From Eutreptiella sp. 'Long Island Sound 2002' (taxonomy: Eukaryota; Protista; Euglenida): a DNA stretch of 64,000 nucleotides. A program made the position numbers and the translations under genes. Position 1 is the first letter of the stretch; the number at the start of each line of letters is the position of its first letter. Positions 1 to 13,269 of the stretch are shown piece by piece. Location of the stretch: contig OZ038378.1 in assembly GCA_964036045.1 (NCBI GenBank), positions 96,348,001 through 96,412,000 of the forward strand. Reading direction: 5' to 3'. The notes below the pieces were generated by a model. That model was given only the letters and a program-made list of their open reading frames with translations. It was not told the origin of the DNA and ran no database searches.

Positions 1-3000
1 CTTATGTTATGTTTCTGTACCCTAACCCCGCTGGGTTCCTTTCACTTCTGGCCCCTCCTTGTCCTCGTCTTTTTTCCCTTTGTGCGGACCCCGTTGGCCG
101 TCAGTTGCCCCTCCCCCCGCCCCGTCCGTGTGTCCGTTGCCGTGTCGGGTCTTTCAGTTTCCTTTTTTTGGATGGTCTTCCAGCTTCTTTGCTGTGTTTG
201 CTTTGTGGCTTGGTTTTTTACCAACCTCCCTGCAAGCACGCGGGACACGGCATCACTGGACTTCTGTTGCTGCGGCTCCTCTCCTGTCTCTTCTCTGGTC
301 GTCTCGCCCCCATGGGGCTTTCACCATGGTGTTTCTCGGCCATGTCAAGGGGGCGCTCCTCCCTTGTGTCCCCCCCTCTGCGCTCTCTGCCTCGCCCCGC
401 CCTCCACGGCGCATCTCTCGCCCTTCCCCCAACCTTACTGCTCGTCGCCGGCCTCGTGTGCGCCGTGCTGCTTCTCTCCTCACCACGGGGGTATCTTCCT
501 CGCCCACACGCGCCGCTCCACCGGCGCCAAATCCGCCTCCCGGTAGGCCAACTTAGGCGGTCTTCCCGGGTACCCCTTTGGGGGAATTCATCCGTTGCCC
601 GTGCTGCAGCCCTCGGTTCCATCAGCTCCCTGATGGTGAAGCGGGGTGGCTGGTACAGCTCAATACGGCACTTTGGCATGTTGCTATCCTGCGGGTGATG
701 TGCTGCCCATGCCTGTCCCTCTTCGCCCCCCTTGCCCTACCCTTCGCATGGTCTATCGCACGTACTATTTCTTTGCCTACCCCCTCCCGGTTGCGCCTGG
801 CGTGCCTAATCAGCCGCCGCTCGCGCTCGCCCCGCGTGTTTCCTGCCCCGTGCCAGTGTGTCCCTGCTCTGCTGCTCAAGCCCCTTTCTCTCTCCTTGCC
901 TCTTTCGCTCACCCCCAGTCCCTACCCTCAACTCTTGTCTCTACCCTGGGGGTCACCCCCTTGAAATCACCTGTTGTCTGGCCATATTGCCTGGCGCGAC
1001 AGGATATATAGAGTCCTACTTGACCCCAGGCACAGTTTTCACCCCAATCTCACCTTCCCCTGTGCCCTCAAGCCCACTGATCTTGAGTGGAGCTGTGTGT
1101 CCCCGTGGCAGTGTGACATGTGCCAGCCCGTATGCCAGGTGTCATGGTGCACGAAGAGCGCCCACGTCTGCCCCGCAGGCGCCAGGTGTTGCTGCAGCCG
1201 GGACGCGGCCTTGAGCACGCTCTCAATGAGGACGCTGGGGGTCACTCCGAAAGGCCTGTCCCGCTGCGCCCGCAGGTCCAGCATCTGCAGCCAGTCGCCG
1301 CAGGCGCTCATTGAAATCCTCCAGACTCAGTCCCTCCATTGGGACCCCAAAGCGCTCCAACGTCTCGCGGTACGCCACACGCAGCGAGGTAGCGGAACAG
1401 CCCGTACTGCCCGCTCTCGCAGGACTGGCCTTGAAACACGCATCGGCCGGCAGTCCAGCACCCAGCTGCCTTGGCGGTGGCGGACGTTGATCTGGTGAAC
1501 GCCTTGGCGCCAGGGGGGGCATGTGCTCCACGCCTGCCTCTTTTACATCCTGTTCCTCCTCTGGTCCAGCGGAACGTCCACAAAGAGCATCTTCCCCACC
1601 ACATCCAGGTCCGGCGCGCCCCTGCTGTTGCCCCGCGTCTCCGGGAGCTCCTCTGTCTGTCCCAGCCCAGAGACCAAGGCACTCCGGTGTCAAAACCCTG
1701 AGCCGACACACCTCAATCGCAGGAGGTAGCCTTGCAGCGCCCCCCCTCAATGTCCTCCTGCACCTGCCCTCCTCCCTTCACTCCTCGTGCTCCATGCCTC
1801 ATCATGTCGCCCTGTACGGACCCCCTCACCTACCGGTATGCCGCACGCCTTGCTGTTTCCTTGTCCCCTGCCCCCTTCAGTACCAGCCCTCCCTCTGCAG
1901 CTGCTCCCTCAGCATCTGCACCCTGGAGCGCCTCACCCAGCATCCTCCTCAAACGGTCCTCCGCCATCTCCGGCCTTCTGTCCTGTGGCCCCCCCGCCCT
2001 GTGGACAAGGTCCCCGAACCGGTGGGTCGCGCACCGCTCTCGTCCCCCTCTTGTCTTTCCGGCCCGCTTCACGTAGCGGAGGACCTCCGCCACTTCTTCC
2101 GCCCTCAACCACTGGAGCGTCCCCTGCTCCCTCCTCGCGCCATGTCGCGCAGAATGCCTCAGCAACCAGACCTCAGAACCCCAATCTGTCTCGAGGGCTC
2201 CAGGCTGTGGCTGTCGGGCCACGGTGCCCCCGCTGCGCCACCCGGTCCCGGCTCCTCCACCGGGCGCCGACTTCCCCGTGCATGCACAACCCGTTGTGCC
2301 CTCTTCGCGGACGGTGACCGTCCCTCCCTATCTGTAGGGGGGGGGTGTCCCCCTCGAAGGGCTCGGATGACACGATGCTCATTGCGGGCTGCCGCAGCCT
2401 CCTCCTCCCTCACCCTACTTCCCCCTCTGCCACCTCCCTGTCCCTCTCCTCGAGGCTCGCGACCTTCCCCGTGATCCTCTTCCAGGCCTGCTTCTGCACC
2501 TCCCTCTCCGCCTCCGGCCGGATACCTGGCTGCCTGAACGGTTGCAGCTGGGGGCAACCCTCCGTCCCCTCCACCCCCTGCACCCGTTCCCCTTGCCGCT
2601 TGCCATCCCGCTGTCCCCTCGTCACCCTCTCTGCTCTTCTCCGAACATCCGCCCATATGCGCTGCAGCTCGTCGATGTTCTGTGCATCTCCCCCCTCCAT
2701 GGGTGCCCTGCGCGCTTGCTTGCACCGCTGCCGCCCCTGCGGCCTCACTCATCACCCGTGCCTCTCCCTCTCCCACAGCGTCCTCTCCTCGTCCCCTACC
2801 CTCACCCATGCCCTCTGGAGCTCCTCTGCTTACCCTCCCGGCGCTCCCCACGTCGCCCTGACCGCCTGCTGGTGCTGCTGCATGGGTGCCGGTAGCAGCG
2901 CAACCGGGTACATCATTCAGGGGGGGGGGTACACCGGCAAGACCGCCAGGTACGCTGGCCTGCGAGACCGTTGTATGACACATCCCCACCTGCCGCCTCC

Positions 3001-4200
3001 GCCCTTCTCCTCGTACACCAGTGCCTCCATATACCCTCTTCGACCCACCTTCCCCACCCCCTTGCCTCCTGCTCCTGGCTGTCCTGCCTTCCCCTGTCCT
3101 TTGTGCCCCCCCTCCCACACACCCTGCGCCTCTCTCCTTCCCCTGCCGCCCTCGGTGCCCCTCCCTGGCACCGTGCGCACCTTGCCTACCTTGCCCAGTC
3201 TTTCAGCTCTCCCCTCAGCGCCCTTTACCCCCATCGCTGTCCATCACCCCTTGCTGCCTTCCGCTCCCCTCTCCTCCGTCGAGCACCTACTGGCCGTGGT
3301 GCCCCGCCTATGCACTATCTCCCTCCCCTTGTTGCCCTTCCCCTCCCGCGGTCATCCGCCCTTCCGGGTGTCTGCTGATACCTCCTCTGTGCGTCCCCGG
3401 GGTGCTCTGCCGTGCCTTCGTGTCCTCCCCCTGTGGCCCTGACCTTTGATTACCGACGTGCTGTCCCCCTGTCCCCTGCTTCCTTCCTTCGCACTCTGCC
3501 CCTCTCCTCTCCACCTCCATTCCAAGCTGATAAATGACCTTTGGCTGAGGCAAGGGAGCCTGACGATGAAAGCGCTGGCGCCCAAGGTGCGCCGGCGCCT
3601 CACACCACGCCGTCCACTGCCGGCGCACCTCCCTCTTCTCCTCAGCCCTCACCGCTGCGGTACCTTGTGGCGGGGAGCCTGGGGGCGGCTGCCTAAACGA
3701 CTGCCCTGGCTGTGGCCACTGGTGCCCCTGTCCCCTGCCTTTGGTTCCCTTCCCCGCCAGGTGCCCCGCGGTCCTCCTGGCTCTTGGCGCGCCCGCCTGT
3801 CTTTTTCCTCCGGTGCCTTGCCGCCCCATCCCCCCTGTGCTTTTGCCGGCGCCCGTGTGGCCTGTCTCCCCAGCCCCTGCCCGCCCTCTCCCTCCTTTGC
3901 CCTCCCCTTTCCTCTGTACCTCCGCAGGGCAATATGCAAGTAAAGGACAAAGTCCTCCATGGTAAGAAGGCGCGCCCTGCGGCATTGGATGGTCAGGCGC
4001 TGTCTACAGGACTCTTCGAACTCCATGTGGGCCTTCGTGAGGCATCCATGGTCCCTTCGAAGTCCATCTCCAAGGAATGGACCCTTTTGGAGGACGAGGG
4101 GCTTGATTTGCGCCTTACCGGACGCGCTCGAGATGTCGGGCTGGGCGATTCTTTAATTTGCCGGTCCGGGCCTACCGTTCCAAGGTCGTCCTTCTCCCAG
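1..4200 (-). pseudogene. Decayed GC-rich coding-like remnant, probably retroelement-derived, unclassified
   Basis: Strong C/T skew on + strand. Protein-like fragments on - strand are broken by stops and frameshifts (e.g. ...GAPDLDVVGKMLFVDVPLDQRRNR..., ...YRETLERFGVPMEGLSLEDFNERLRRL...). No diagnostic motif recognised. Confidence 0.25.
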
Positions 4201-4749
4201 CCAATGCGGCCTCCTCTCTTGCATGTAGGCGTAGCAGAGGTAGGCAGGTAGGTCGACTCGGGACTCGGGTTGCCCCGCAGGGGGTCTTACCAAGGGCCTT
4301 TCGCTCACCCACCCTCGGCCCTACTGCACGTGCCCCCACAAAGCGGCTCCCCCCCACGGGGGAAGGGCGCGGTTTCCGCGAGCAGTACCCTACAGCGAGT
4401 TCTGCCCAGATAGGTAACCCATGTTCGACCAAAGTCTCACATTCCTCTCCTTTCAGCGGATGACACGTGGGGGAGGGTCCCATCGCACATCCTCATCAAC
4501 CTCCGGTTTCCGGGGCCCAGGGGCCGGGAGCCAGGCCAAAGGCCCTGTCCTGGAGGCACCCCCACCTTGGTTGGTTTTCAGTAGGCGTGAGGCGACTTGA
4601 AGAAGCACGTGCTTGCATGCCGTGGCGCACACTCACGCCTCCTGACTCGGTCGAGCTTGCGCTCTCCCGGGAGGCCGGGGGTTCGAGGTAGGTCGTCGCG
4701 GTCGGTTGGTTGGTCGTTTGACGGTTCAGTGCAGTTGTTCAATGCTGGT

Positions 4750-5520
4750 TGGCCGGTTGCGTGATGGTAGAGTTACGGTTTTGTTCGCGGATATGGTCGC
4801 TGGCGGGCGTGGCGCATCACGGCGCTGGCACCCCAATGGACGCCGTTCCCGTTTCAACCCGTGCATGCCCGGCTGGTTTGGTGTTGGCCGGCTTGCGTGT
4901 GGTCTGTATACGGTCAAGTGGCGGCTGCAGCTGCGGTGTGGTCGGTGCAAGGTCGTCTTAGCCGCCTCATGGTCGGCTCGGTCTGCGTGGGTTTCGTTGC
5001 GCCGCTGCCGGCGGTCGTATTGCCGAATGTTGTTTGTGCGGCCGACACGTCCGTGTCGGCGCTGGCCAGTTGCGTCTTGGTTGGTCCAAGGGCGGCGTAG
5101 TGCGGTTAGTCAGCGCTGGTTGGCCGCGTCCGTAATGGTAGAGTTGCGGTGTTCTGTCGTGTCTGTGGGCATGGTCCCTGGCGGGCGTGGCGCACCACGG
5201 TGCCGCCTTCTCGTTGGATGCCGTACCCGTTTCGACCCGTGCATGCCTGCAGCTGCGGTGTGGTTGGTGCGCGGTTGTCTTGACCGCCTCATGGTCTGCT
5301 GGATTTGTGTGCATTCTGTCGCGCTGCTGCCGGTGGTCCTATCGTCAAATCCTGCTCATGTAGTCGGCATGTTCGTGCCGGCGGTGGTGAGTTGTTTCTT
5401 GGTTTGTCCAAGTGTAGTGTATGGCAGTTTGTGGACGTTGGTTGGTCCCGTCCGCGGTGGTAGAGTTGCGGTGTTCCGCTGTGTTCGTGGTCATGGTGTC
5501 AGCAGCTCATTGGACGTCGT
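4750..5520. repeat. Three diverged copies of a ~320-370 bp GT-rich repeat
   Basis: Motif (a/g)tggtagagtt(a/g)cggt(g/t)tt recurs near 4763, 5135 and 5456; the first two continue with ggcgggcgtggcgca.cacgg. Confidence 0.6.
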
Positions 5521-6519
5521 TCTCGTGCCAGCCCATGCACGTCCGGCCAGTTTGGTGTTGGCTGGCGTGCGTGCGGTCTGTTGATGGTCACTTCGTGTCC
5601 GCTGTAGCGGTTTTATTGGTGTGCGGTCGTGTTAGTTAACCCCTGGTCGGTGGCGTTGGTTCCTTGTCGTTGCAGCGGGCGTGCGCGCAGTCGGATTTGT
5701 TGCGTGCAGGTGTTCTGTTGGTGGTGGTGTTGGTTGGTGCCAGTTGCGTGGGGTCGGCACGGTACGTTTTCATCCTGCGCCGTCTGTCCACCGCGGAGGA
5801 GAAAGTGATGACAAGCGGTCGGACCGCTGTAAAGAATATTTTTCCCCTTTCGGTGCCCTTGTTGCTGCCCCTCCCTGGCAGTGTTGCATGCGCAACCCAT
5901 CATCCGGTATTTCGCGGTGTCCTGTAGCCGTCCTTCCAGTTTCGCTTGTGCCATTCATATGTACACCTCCGGCTGATGGCAAGGCCCCGTCGGTCCCCCT
6001 TGGCGCGCTCCTGTGCTCCCCATGGGAGCCCCAGGGTGCCGTTTTAGCTCGGTGGTGTGGTGCTCGTGCTCGTGTCTGCCTGCCTGCCGTGCGCTATGTC
6101 TTGCTGTGTCTACCGGGTCATGCGGGCGGCGTGCCTGCGTCGCGGTGCTGAGTTTGGTGGTTAGGATGGTTAGGGCGGTTCGACTTGTGCTGTGGTGCCT
6201 GGACGTTCCGTCAGATGTGGTGGGTTGGGCTCGGCGTAACATATCCGTGCCCGCGGGTAGGGGGTCGGTGTGGCCCCGTGTGGCGAGCCTGTGGCCCCCT
6301 GTGTGCCCCTGGGTGGGGTTTCGGAGGACAGGAATACCGGGCAGCGTTGCAGCCCCCCTCCCGCTTAACGACTTTGTTAACCTTCTGCGGGGAGGGGCGT
6401 ACTCGTACCATTCGCGTAGGTTATATGTGCTGTAACCCCCCCGGCGTCCCAGGCGTGTAACGTTTCGGAGGAGGTGCGCGCCGGTCCTCGCGGTGCACGT
6501 ACCCCTGGACGCTCGCCTT

Positions 6520-7800
6520 GGATGGTAATACTCTGGACAAATGTTTGTTAACATTCTCCTGGTCATCGGCCCGGCCGTGGGCCTCTCTTGTGTGGCCGGG
6601 TCCTTTGACTGGTCCCTTGTGTATCCGGCTCGTGGGACAGGAGGGTGAGGTGGAAGGACGGGTCTGGGCGTGGTGCCGCCCCTTTCGCTGTTGCAGGCGG
6701 GTTGCCGGGCCCGGGAAGCGTGGCCACCGTCCGGGGGATGTAGGAGGAAGTCGTTGGGCTTTCGTTTGTGCTCGATACCACAGGCTGCTAAGGCTAGCCC
6801 CCATTCTTTGGGAATCTGTTGCACCTGTCGGGCAGGTTGATGTCGTTCCCGTCGGTGTGTCCGACCGACAGCGCGCGTCGTTGGGTTGTACAAGGGGGTC
6901 CTTTTGGGCGGGGTTGGCTCGCCCGGGGTCGTCGCGGTTAATTGTCGAGTGCGCAGTTGTTTGTGTGACGTCCATGGGCTGGCCCCCTGGTGGGTGGAGG
7001 CATCCCCGCAGTCGTGTCATCTCCTCCCTTGCGCATGGCCGGCGCGGGATTCCTGTCGCGCGTGTGTGGCTGTGTGCCGCCGCTGCGGGTCCTGTGGCTG
7101 GCTGTGGCTCAGGGTCCTGCGGTTTCCTCAGGCGTCGCACAAGGGCGCTGCGGAGGGTACCGAAGATTTCGTGCACAAGGGTCGTGCGTACCGCCCGGGC
7201 CTCCTTCGCAGTGCGGATGGCGGGCTGCCGCCGTTCGCCCAGCGCCAGCGCCCGGATCTGGTGGATCGCGGTGTTCGACAACACTCCTGCGGTCATTGGC
7301 TTGGCCGTGGGCCCCGCTTGTATGGCTGGCCCCTTTGCTCGGTCCCTCATGGTATCGTTACGCGGGAGAAGAGGGTCAGGCGGGATGCCGGGCCTGTGTG
7401 TGGCGCTGCCCCCTTTTCCTGTTGCAGGCGGGTCGGGGGGCCCGGGAGGTGCGGCCGTCGTAAGGGGGATGTGGGAGGTGGTCGTTGGGGCTTCATTCGT
7501 GTCGGACACCATGAGCTGCTAAGGCTAGCCTCTCCCTCTCGGGCGCCCGTTGTACGTGCCGGGTAGGTTGACGCCTTCCCCTGTTGGTGTGCCTGGTCAA
7601 CGGGCGTTGCTGGAGTGTGTTGCGCGGCCGCGCGTTGTTGGGTTGTACGAGGGGGTCTTTTTGGGTGAGGTCGGCTCGCCCGGGGTCGTTGTTGTTCATG
7701 GCCGACTCCGCAGCCTGTGGCGTGACGTTCATCGCCCGGTCCTCTGGCGGGAGGAGGGGATCCGGCGTCCGCCTTGTCGTCTCTCCCTTTGCGCATGGCC
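6520..7800. repeat. Diverged tandem duplication, period ~730-760 bp
   Basis: ctgctaaggctagcc at 6785 and 7516; ttgggttgtac.agggggtc.tttt at 6881 and 7638. Confidence 0.7.
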
Positions 7801-10800
7801 GGCGTAGCAGAAGTAGAAGAACACTCAGATCGACCTTGAGTTCCTCAAACGCTGTGAGCATCCTTGAGGATTGCGAAATCGAAGCAATCCTTTGAGGTCT
7901 AATCTACAAAGGAAGAAGGGCATGTGCAAATAGTCATAGGAACATTTCAAACATCAGAACCATGTCCTGGTTAGGGTAAGGTGCAATAGTCATCATAAGT
8001 GACGGAGAGAGAGACGTCAGGGCAGGAGAGGGGGAACAAAGAAAGCCCATTCTCCCCCTCAGCAAATCCTGGGTAGCCTGATTCAGCATCCACAAGGGGG
8101 AAGAACAGAACATGCAAAAACAGCAAGACATGGATAAGGCCCATTGGCTGTCAAAGCCTACCCTAGTGGGGGTGCTATCACTCCCCAGTCCTGCCACTAC
8201 AGGACCCCAGAAGCAGGAGTCTGGGGCTTACACTCTCACTCTCCAGATTTATCAAATATCTCAACCTAGCTTGCCTTGGAGCAGGAGATAGCTTCACCAC
8301 ACCACTGTAGGGGGGGGGGGGAGGTCCCCGGTGCCTACAAGACTTAGGCCAAAAAAATATTGTTGAAAAGCGGGGAAAGTGGTATATCACTTATGCGACC
8401 AAAATATACCATATCCCAAAAGGGGACAAGGGTGATTGAGCGTAGCCAAGACCTTCACCCTGACACACGTACATAGAAGGGCAGGACCCAACTCCACACG
8501 GGCTCCGAGAACCTAGCATGGGAAGCAGCACACATAAATGGGCAAAGCCAAAAATCAGAGGTCACCGACTTGAATACACTCTCCTGCGGAGACAAAGGAA
8601 TTTTCGAAGGACCCCATGTGGACATATCGGAAGGGCATCAGTTCAATCCTTGGCCCACTTGATATTGGAGTCTGTCTCCCTGATTCCACGACACTGTAAC
8701 AAGACTGGTGGATTCCACAAAATGGTGACATTCCCAGTGGGGAAAAACAAGGGAGGAAAGAATGCAAATAACTCTGACATACGGTTAGCCTAAAGTCCAG
8801 CGAAAAGCGAGCACCAGGCATACTGCGAGGATGTGATGGTCCCAGAATGGTCCGTCCTACCTCTTTCTCAGGTTGGATCAAGGCAACAAACTCCAATACC
8901 CACGTTTTGACATCAATTTTGAGGACCTCAAAAAGGTCTAATACATGCATTTAGGAGTCAGAAATAAGGTCAAAACCGAATATACGACATATGGGTTTTG
9001 TCTCATTTTGTAAGGGTAGGCCATAGCTCAGACTCCTCAGGTCTGCAGAATAGACACTTATGAGAGACCATGGGTGAAATATTGCGTCAAACCCAGCCGA
9101 TTGCCTAACCTTCCCATGGGTCAGAAGTGACCTCATGAAAATCGGAATTTTCAACCAATCTCCAGAGAAAATTCAGAGCAGTGAGCCTATGTACCAGTAA
9201 CCCTCCAACAAATGCTCAGTACAAAGTAGAGAACACAATTGAAATTTAGGAAAAGCCTCCAAGGTCTAAGTCCTGATAGGTTCTTTACTGCTCACCCGCC
9301 AAGTGACTACATGACAGGCTAATATTCAGGGTCCATAATGTACATCTCTCGACCATGTAAAGCCACTACTTTGGGTACCTTGCAAACTGGTTTCCAATGG
9401 CTTGGTTATGTTACAAAACAAAGCAAAGCAAGTTCAAATAACCAATGTAGAACCATTGGGGAGGTTGTGGGTCAAGCAACAAGAAGATTTGGTCCTAAGA
9501 CCCAGAAGACCCAAGTGGAGTAAGTGAACACACAACATTTGTAATGTCCAAAAGGGTTCCGAGATTGCACTGCTCTGGTGAGGCACATTGAGTTAGAACC
9601 CACTAAAAGCATGTATGTAGAGTGGAAGGCGTGCTCCTTCTGCGAATTCATTGATTTGACTTCAACCCAAAATGTATATGAAAATAAAAGTTCGAATGTT
9701 CAACCCATAACTGAGTAAATCGGGGCAGCGTTCACATGACAGAATTTACTGCAAGCAAAAATTGGCGAAAATGGCACATAACAATCCGGTCGTAGCCGAA
9801 TTATAAAAATCGACAAGAACTTATCGCGACCCTATATGATAAGTAGGGACCATGGAGACCACGAATGGTTGAACGTTCGGCAAGAAGGCCAATGGTAGTG
9901 GATCACCATGGTCATCACAAGTGAATACATGAAGGAAATTCAGGACACAATCACTAAGCTTCATATGTGGCCCTGTGTACAAGGCTTCACGGCTGTATCC
10001 ATTTTATTCCCGCGGCTGTCCTTCGAGGAACCTCGCATGGTGAGCAGTTTGTAATGAAGTTTTCGGCGGGAAACCGCCATGTCTCAAAAGGCTCCACAGC
10101 GGAAAGAAGTGCATTAACAAACGTAAACACAGCCGACAACACGCACACACAGGACTTAGGCTCAAACTGGATGCAAGCTTGGGAATCCAAGTTTAAAAAA
10201 GAGGGTTATCAAAGGCCGAAAATTGGTGATTTTTGGCACAAAATGACTGTGCCAAATTGAGCTGAAAAACATTTGAAATTTCGAATATATAGATGTTGAA
10301 AGCTCTGAGACGCAACCAAAACTCCAACTGTTATTGTTTGTACTGACGAAGTACGAACCACATCCGCTGTTACGTAAGTGCCACTATATCTCGGAGATAT
10401 AGTGTCCAACGTTTACCGCATGAAAACAAAGTGCTCCTAATCTTGACACCGAAATTGACACCAAAAGAATCACCATTGGCTCAAATGAGCTCAGATCAAG
10501 GTGATAATGAAACTACGGACAGGTGGTTATGACACCAAAAACAAATTGCAACGAAAGTCGACGATGACGCAACACATGAACTCGACAAAATGGCCTTGTG
10601 AACATAACAAAAATACACTATCCATGCATCGAAGTGGGTCCGATCACTGATTGTGGTAACCCACCACGACCATAAGTCGTGATTGCAGAGGCGAGCCAAG
10701 GCAAACAAACGTGTGTAGCAATCTTGACTTCATCCTGCAATCATTGAAATCAACTTGACTTTGAGACTCACCATGGTTTCCTTACCACAACCGGAACTCA

Positions 10801-12476
10801 ATTCATCTGCAATACCTCTACTCCTTCATTTGAATTGCAACTCCCACAAACAAATAACCTACCATTGCAGAGAAGAGTCATGCAAATCCAATGCATCTCT
10901 GTTCAAGTGAAATGGATGTAAAATCTCAATTTGCGGTTGCGCAGAAGTGAGCACATGAAATGCATAGCATATGCATGCCAATCTAGCATTGGAGGATAAA
11001 CGAAAAAGAAACCGTAAGGTGCTGACAACGATGCCTGAGCTATCCCTATACTTTAAAAAGCCGGGCATCATGACGTTAAGGGGTTTTTGAAACTAGTCGC
11101 ACCGGAGCCTGAACTTTTCTTTCCCTATTGTAAACTAAGAAATGACTTTTACAAACATGCAGTAAAAATTGGGTTAACTCAATAGGATGGAGTGGCCGTA
11201 AAGGCCAGCTCAGGGTGTCGTGATTTGGATCGTCAGATCCAAACTTGCAGTTCCACCACAAATTTGCGTGACGCCGATGTACCCCAGGCTGCTGCCAATA
11301 TCTAACTTCTGTACGTATGCAAATTTTACGGTAAATTCACATAGGTATCAGAAGGGCAATGAATTCGGTTTTAATTGAAGAAAAGGGGCAGAAGAACAAG
11401 CCGAGTTCCCTGATATCCCTACTGCAGGCTCATGTCAATAGTAAGATGAAAGGAAAGGTAAAGGGGGGATAAAGGATAATGATATGCCGTATCAAATTTT
11501 TAATAGTATGCATCTTTGATAGCCCATACAAAGAGATGACAGGGGTCAGTACAAGGAGGGGTATGTGTCCGCAAAACCAGGGATCAGGCACGACAGGGGG
11601 GAACGGGGGCTGCAAGGCATGATAGAAACCAAACTCATGACCCCTCGGAACAGGTGTCATCCTTCACGTCGTGGATCAACACCCCATTCATTGGGCAAGT
11701 CCGCAGGCAGAAGATCCATCTCCGGGTAATTTGCTTGGAAGCCTCGGGTGACTTCACAGCTCTCCCCGGGATAGGAGGATTGAGTCTCTCAGGCCATCAA
11801 AACATCTGTTGCTTGCTTGCTCCATCCCAGTTCTGGTGCGATGTCGTCTCGTTGGAGTGGTTGAAATACTGGCTTAGTAGAGCAGCCCCCTAGTCGGGTG
11901 GTTTTACACAGCCGTTGCGTGTCGCTCTGACCTCTGCGTAATGCCGACCTCTCAGAGCCGAGTTCGGCGGACCAAATTCTGCCCCCACAATCAGTGTTTT
12001 GTGCACGAGCCGTCATATACCCCCCCCCCCCCTCCCCACGCAGCTGAATCCTGAGGAAACCAGGTGGGCGACTGACCCCTTCACTGATTTGAGCTCTAGT
12101 GGCCTTTGAGCCCGTACGACATTGTGCAATGCGTGTCGCTGCCAGCAACACTGCAAATGTGTGTGGCCTCTGGTCCCATGGCAAATCTTCCCAGATCGTG
12201 TATGGGTGTGTCTGCAGACCCTGTATTGCCTGCCTTAGGGCATTTCTTTCCTCGTACCTCGTGCAAATGCCTTCATCTGACGAGGACTTCGGTTTGTGCT
12301 AAATCTGGAGCTTCCCTATATGCATCTTGACCTATATTTTTGTGTTACTGCCCTGTTTGTCAGGATGCGCGTCGTTCCATGCCATCTCTCCCTGTTTTGC
12401 ACTCAGAGCCACTGCACTGTCCTGTTTTACATCATACTTGAGCAACCTCGGGCGTGTTCTGTCATACGCACCCCTA

Positions 12477-13269
12477 GAAAAGTTTATAGTGGTTTCAACA
12501 CTGTGTTTTTGTCTCTCCTGCTGCTTGCTGCTGGTGTAGGGTTTCCTGCTGCTTGTTTTTGGAGATGAAAACCTTTTGTTTGCTGAAATACAGTAAATTC
12601 AGGATAGCCCAAGCGAGAGGTGTGCAAGGAGAAGAGAATCAGGATCAAAGCATGAAGGGCTGCAGTGTAAACAGTGAAAGATGAAAGGATATTCACAGAA
12701 ACTGCAACTCAGGTCAAATCTGATTGCATATTCACAAAGATAGCTGAAATGCTTTGGAAAAGAGTTGGAAAACTGCCCCATAGTCAATCTATCTCCATGG
12801 TGCCATTTGAGGAGATGTGCACTCCTTGTTTTGGGTCCCATATGTGCTGAGGTGGCAGGGCATGTGGCGATGAGGTCACTGCCATGTCACATGGGATCTT
12901 CCTACTTACCTAGGCTGACCAGAAATTGAACCCAGGACCTCTCAAAAAGAGGTGCCCAGCCCCCTAGGGTGCATACCACTAGGACAGCTAAGAATTCATG
13001 GAAAAACATAGATAAATTCATAGGCTCTGCCCTGGATATGTCAGTACTCAGTCAACTCAGGAAGAGGTGATTTGCCTCACATTGAAAGGGGATTAAGGGG
13101 TCCACTCCATGTCCTGATTGGGTGTTTGGTTCCATAGGTCAAAATGTGTTATCACCACTTTTGGTGGGGCCAATACTAAGATAGAAATGCCTGGATGCTC
13201 AGTGCATCCCTAATACAACTAGAGTATGCCTCAAAGCATTGGAAAAGCAATTTTTCTTACTTCCCCCTG
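12477..13269 (-). repeat. 3' LTR-like direct repeat
   Basis: About 96% identical to 22929-23655 (I counted 16 differences in the first ~435 aligned nt), apart from a ~65 nt indel near 12920-12988. No TG...CA termini and no TSD seen. Confidence 0.65.
12915..12990 (-). other. tRNA-like (Pro-type D- and T-arm) fragment inside the 3' repeat only
   Basis: Minus strand has TGTCCTAGTGGTATG (A-box-like) and GAGAGGTCCTGGGTTCAATTTCTGG (T-arm/B-box-like). The middle does not form a normal anticodon arm, so this is not called a functional tRNA. Confidence 0.35.

Larger units (their letters stand above)
4241..7850 (-). mobile_element. Non-LTR-retroelement-like remnant with TAGG/ACCT-type tail and internal tandem duplications
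   Basis: Left end (taggcaggtaggtcgactcgggactcgggttgcc...tcttaccaaggg) resembles the tailed end of the insert at 28962-29110. The rest is GT-rich on + with diverged internal repeats. No RT motif seen. Confidence 0.35.

Noticed and set aside
1-7800. Many long overlapping ORFs as real genes
   Set aside because: GC-rich, strand-skewed low-complexity sequence yields stop-poor shadow frames; no domain recognised.
9530-11300. Possible KDZ-like or other DNA transposase remnant (LCTRLHGCIHF...HGEQF)
   Set aside because: Only a short motif resemblance, other frames look equally plausible, and no TIR or TSD was found.
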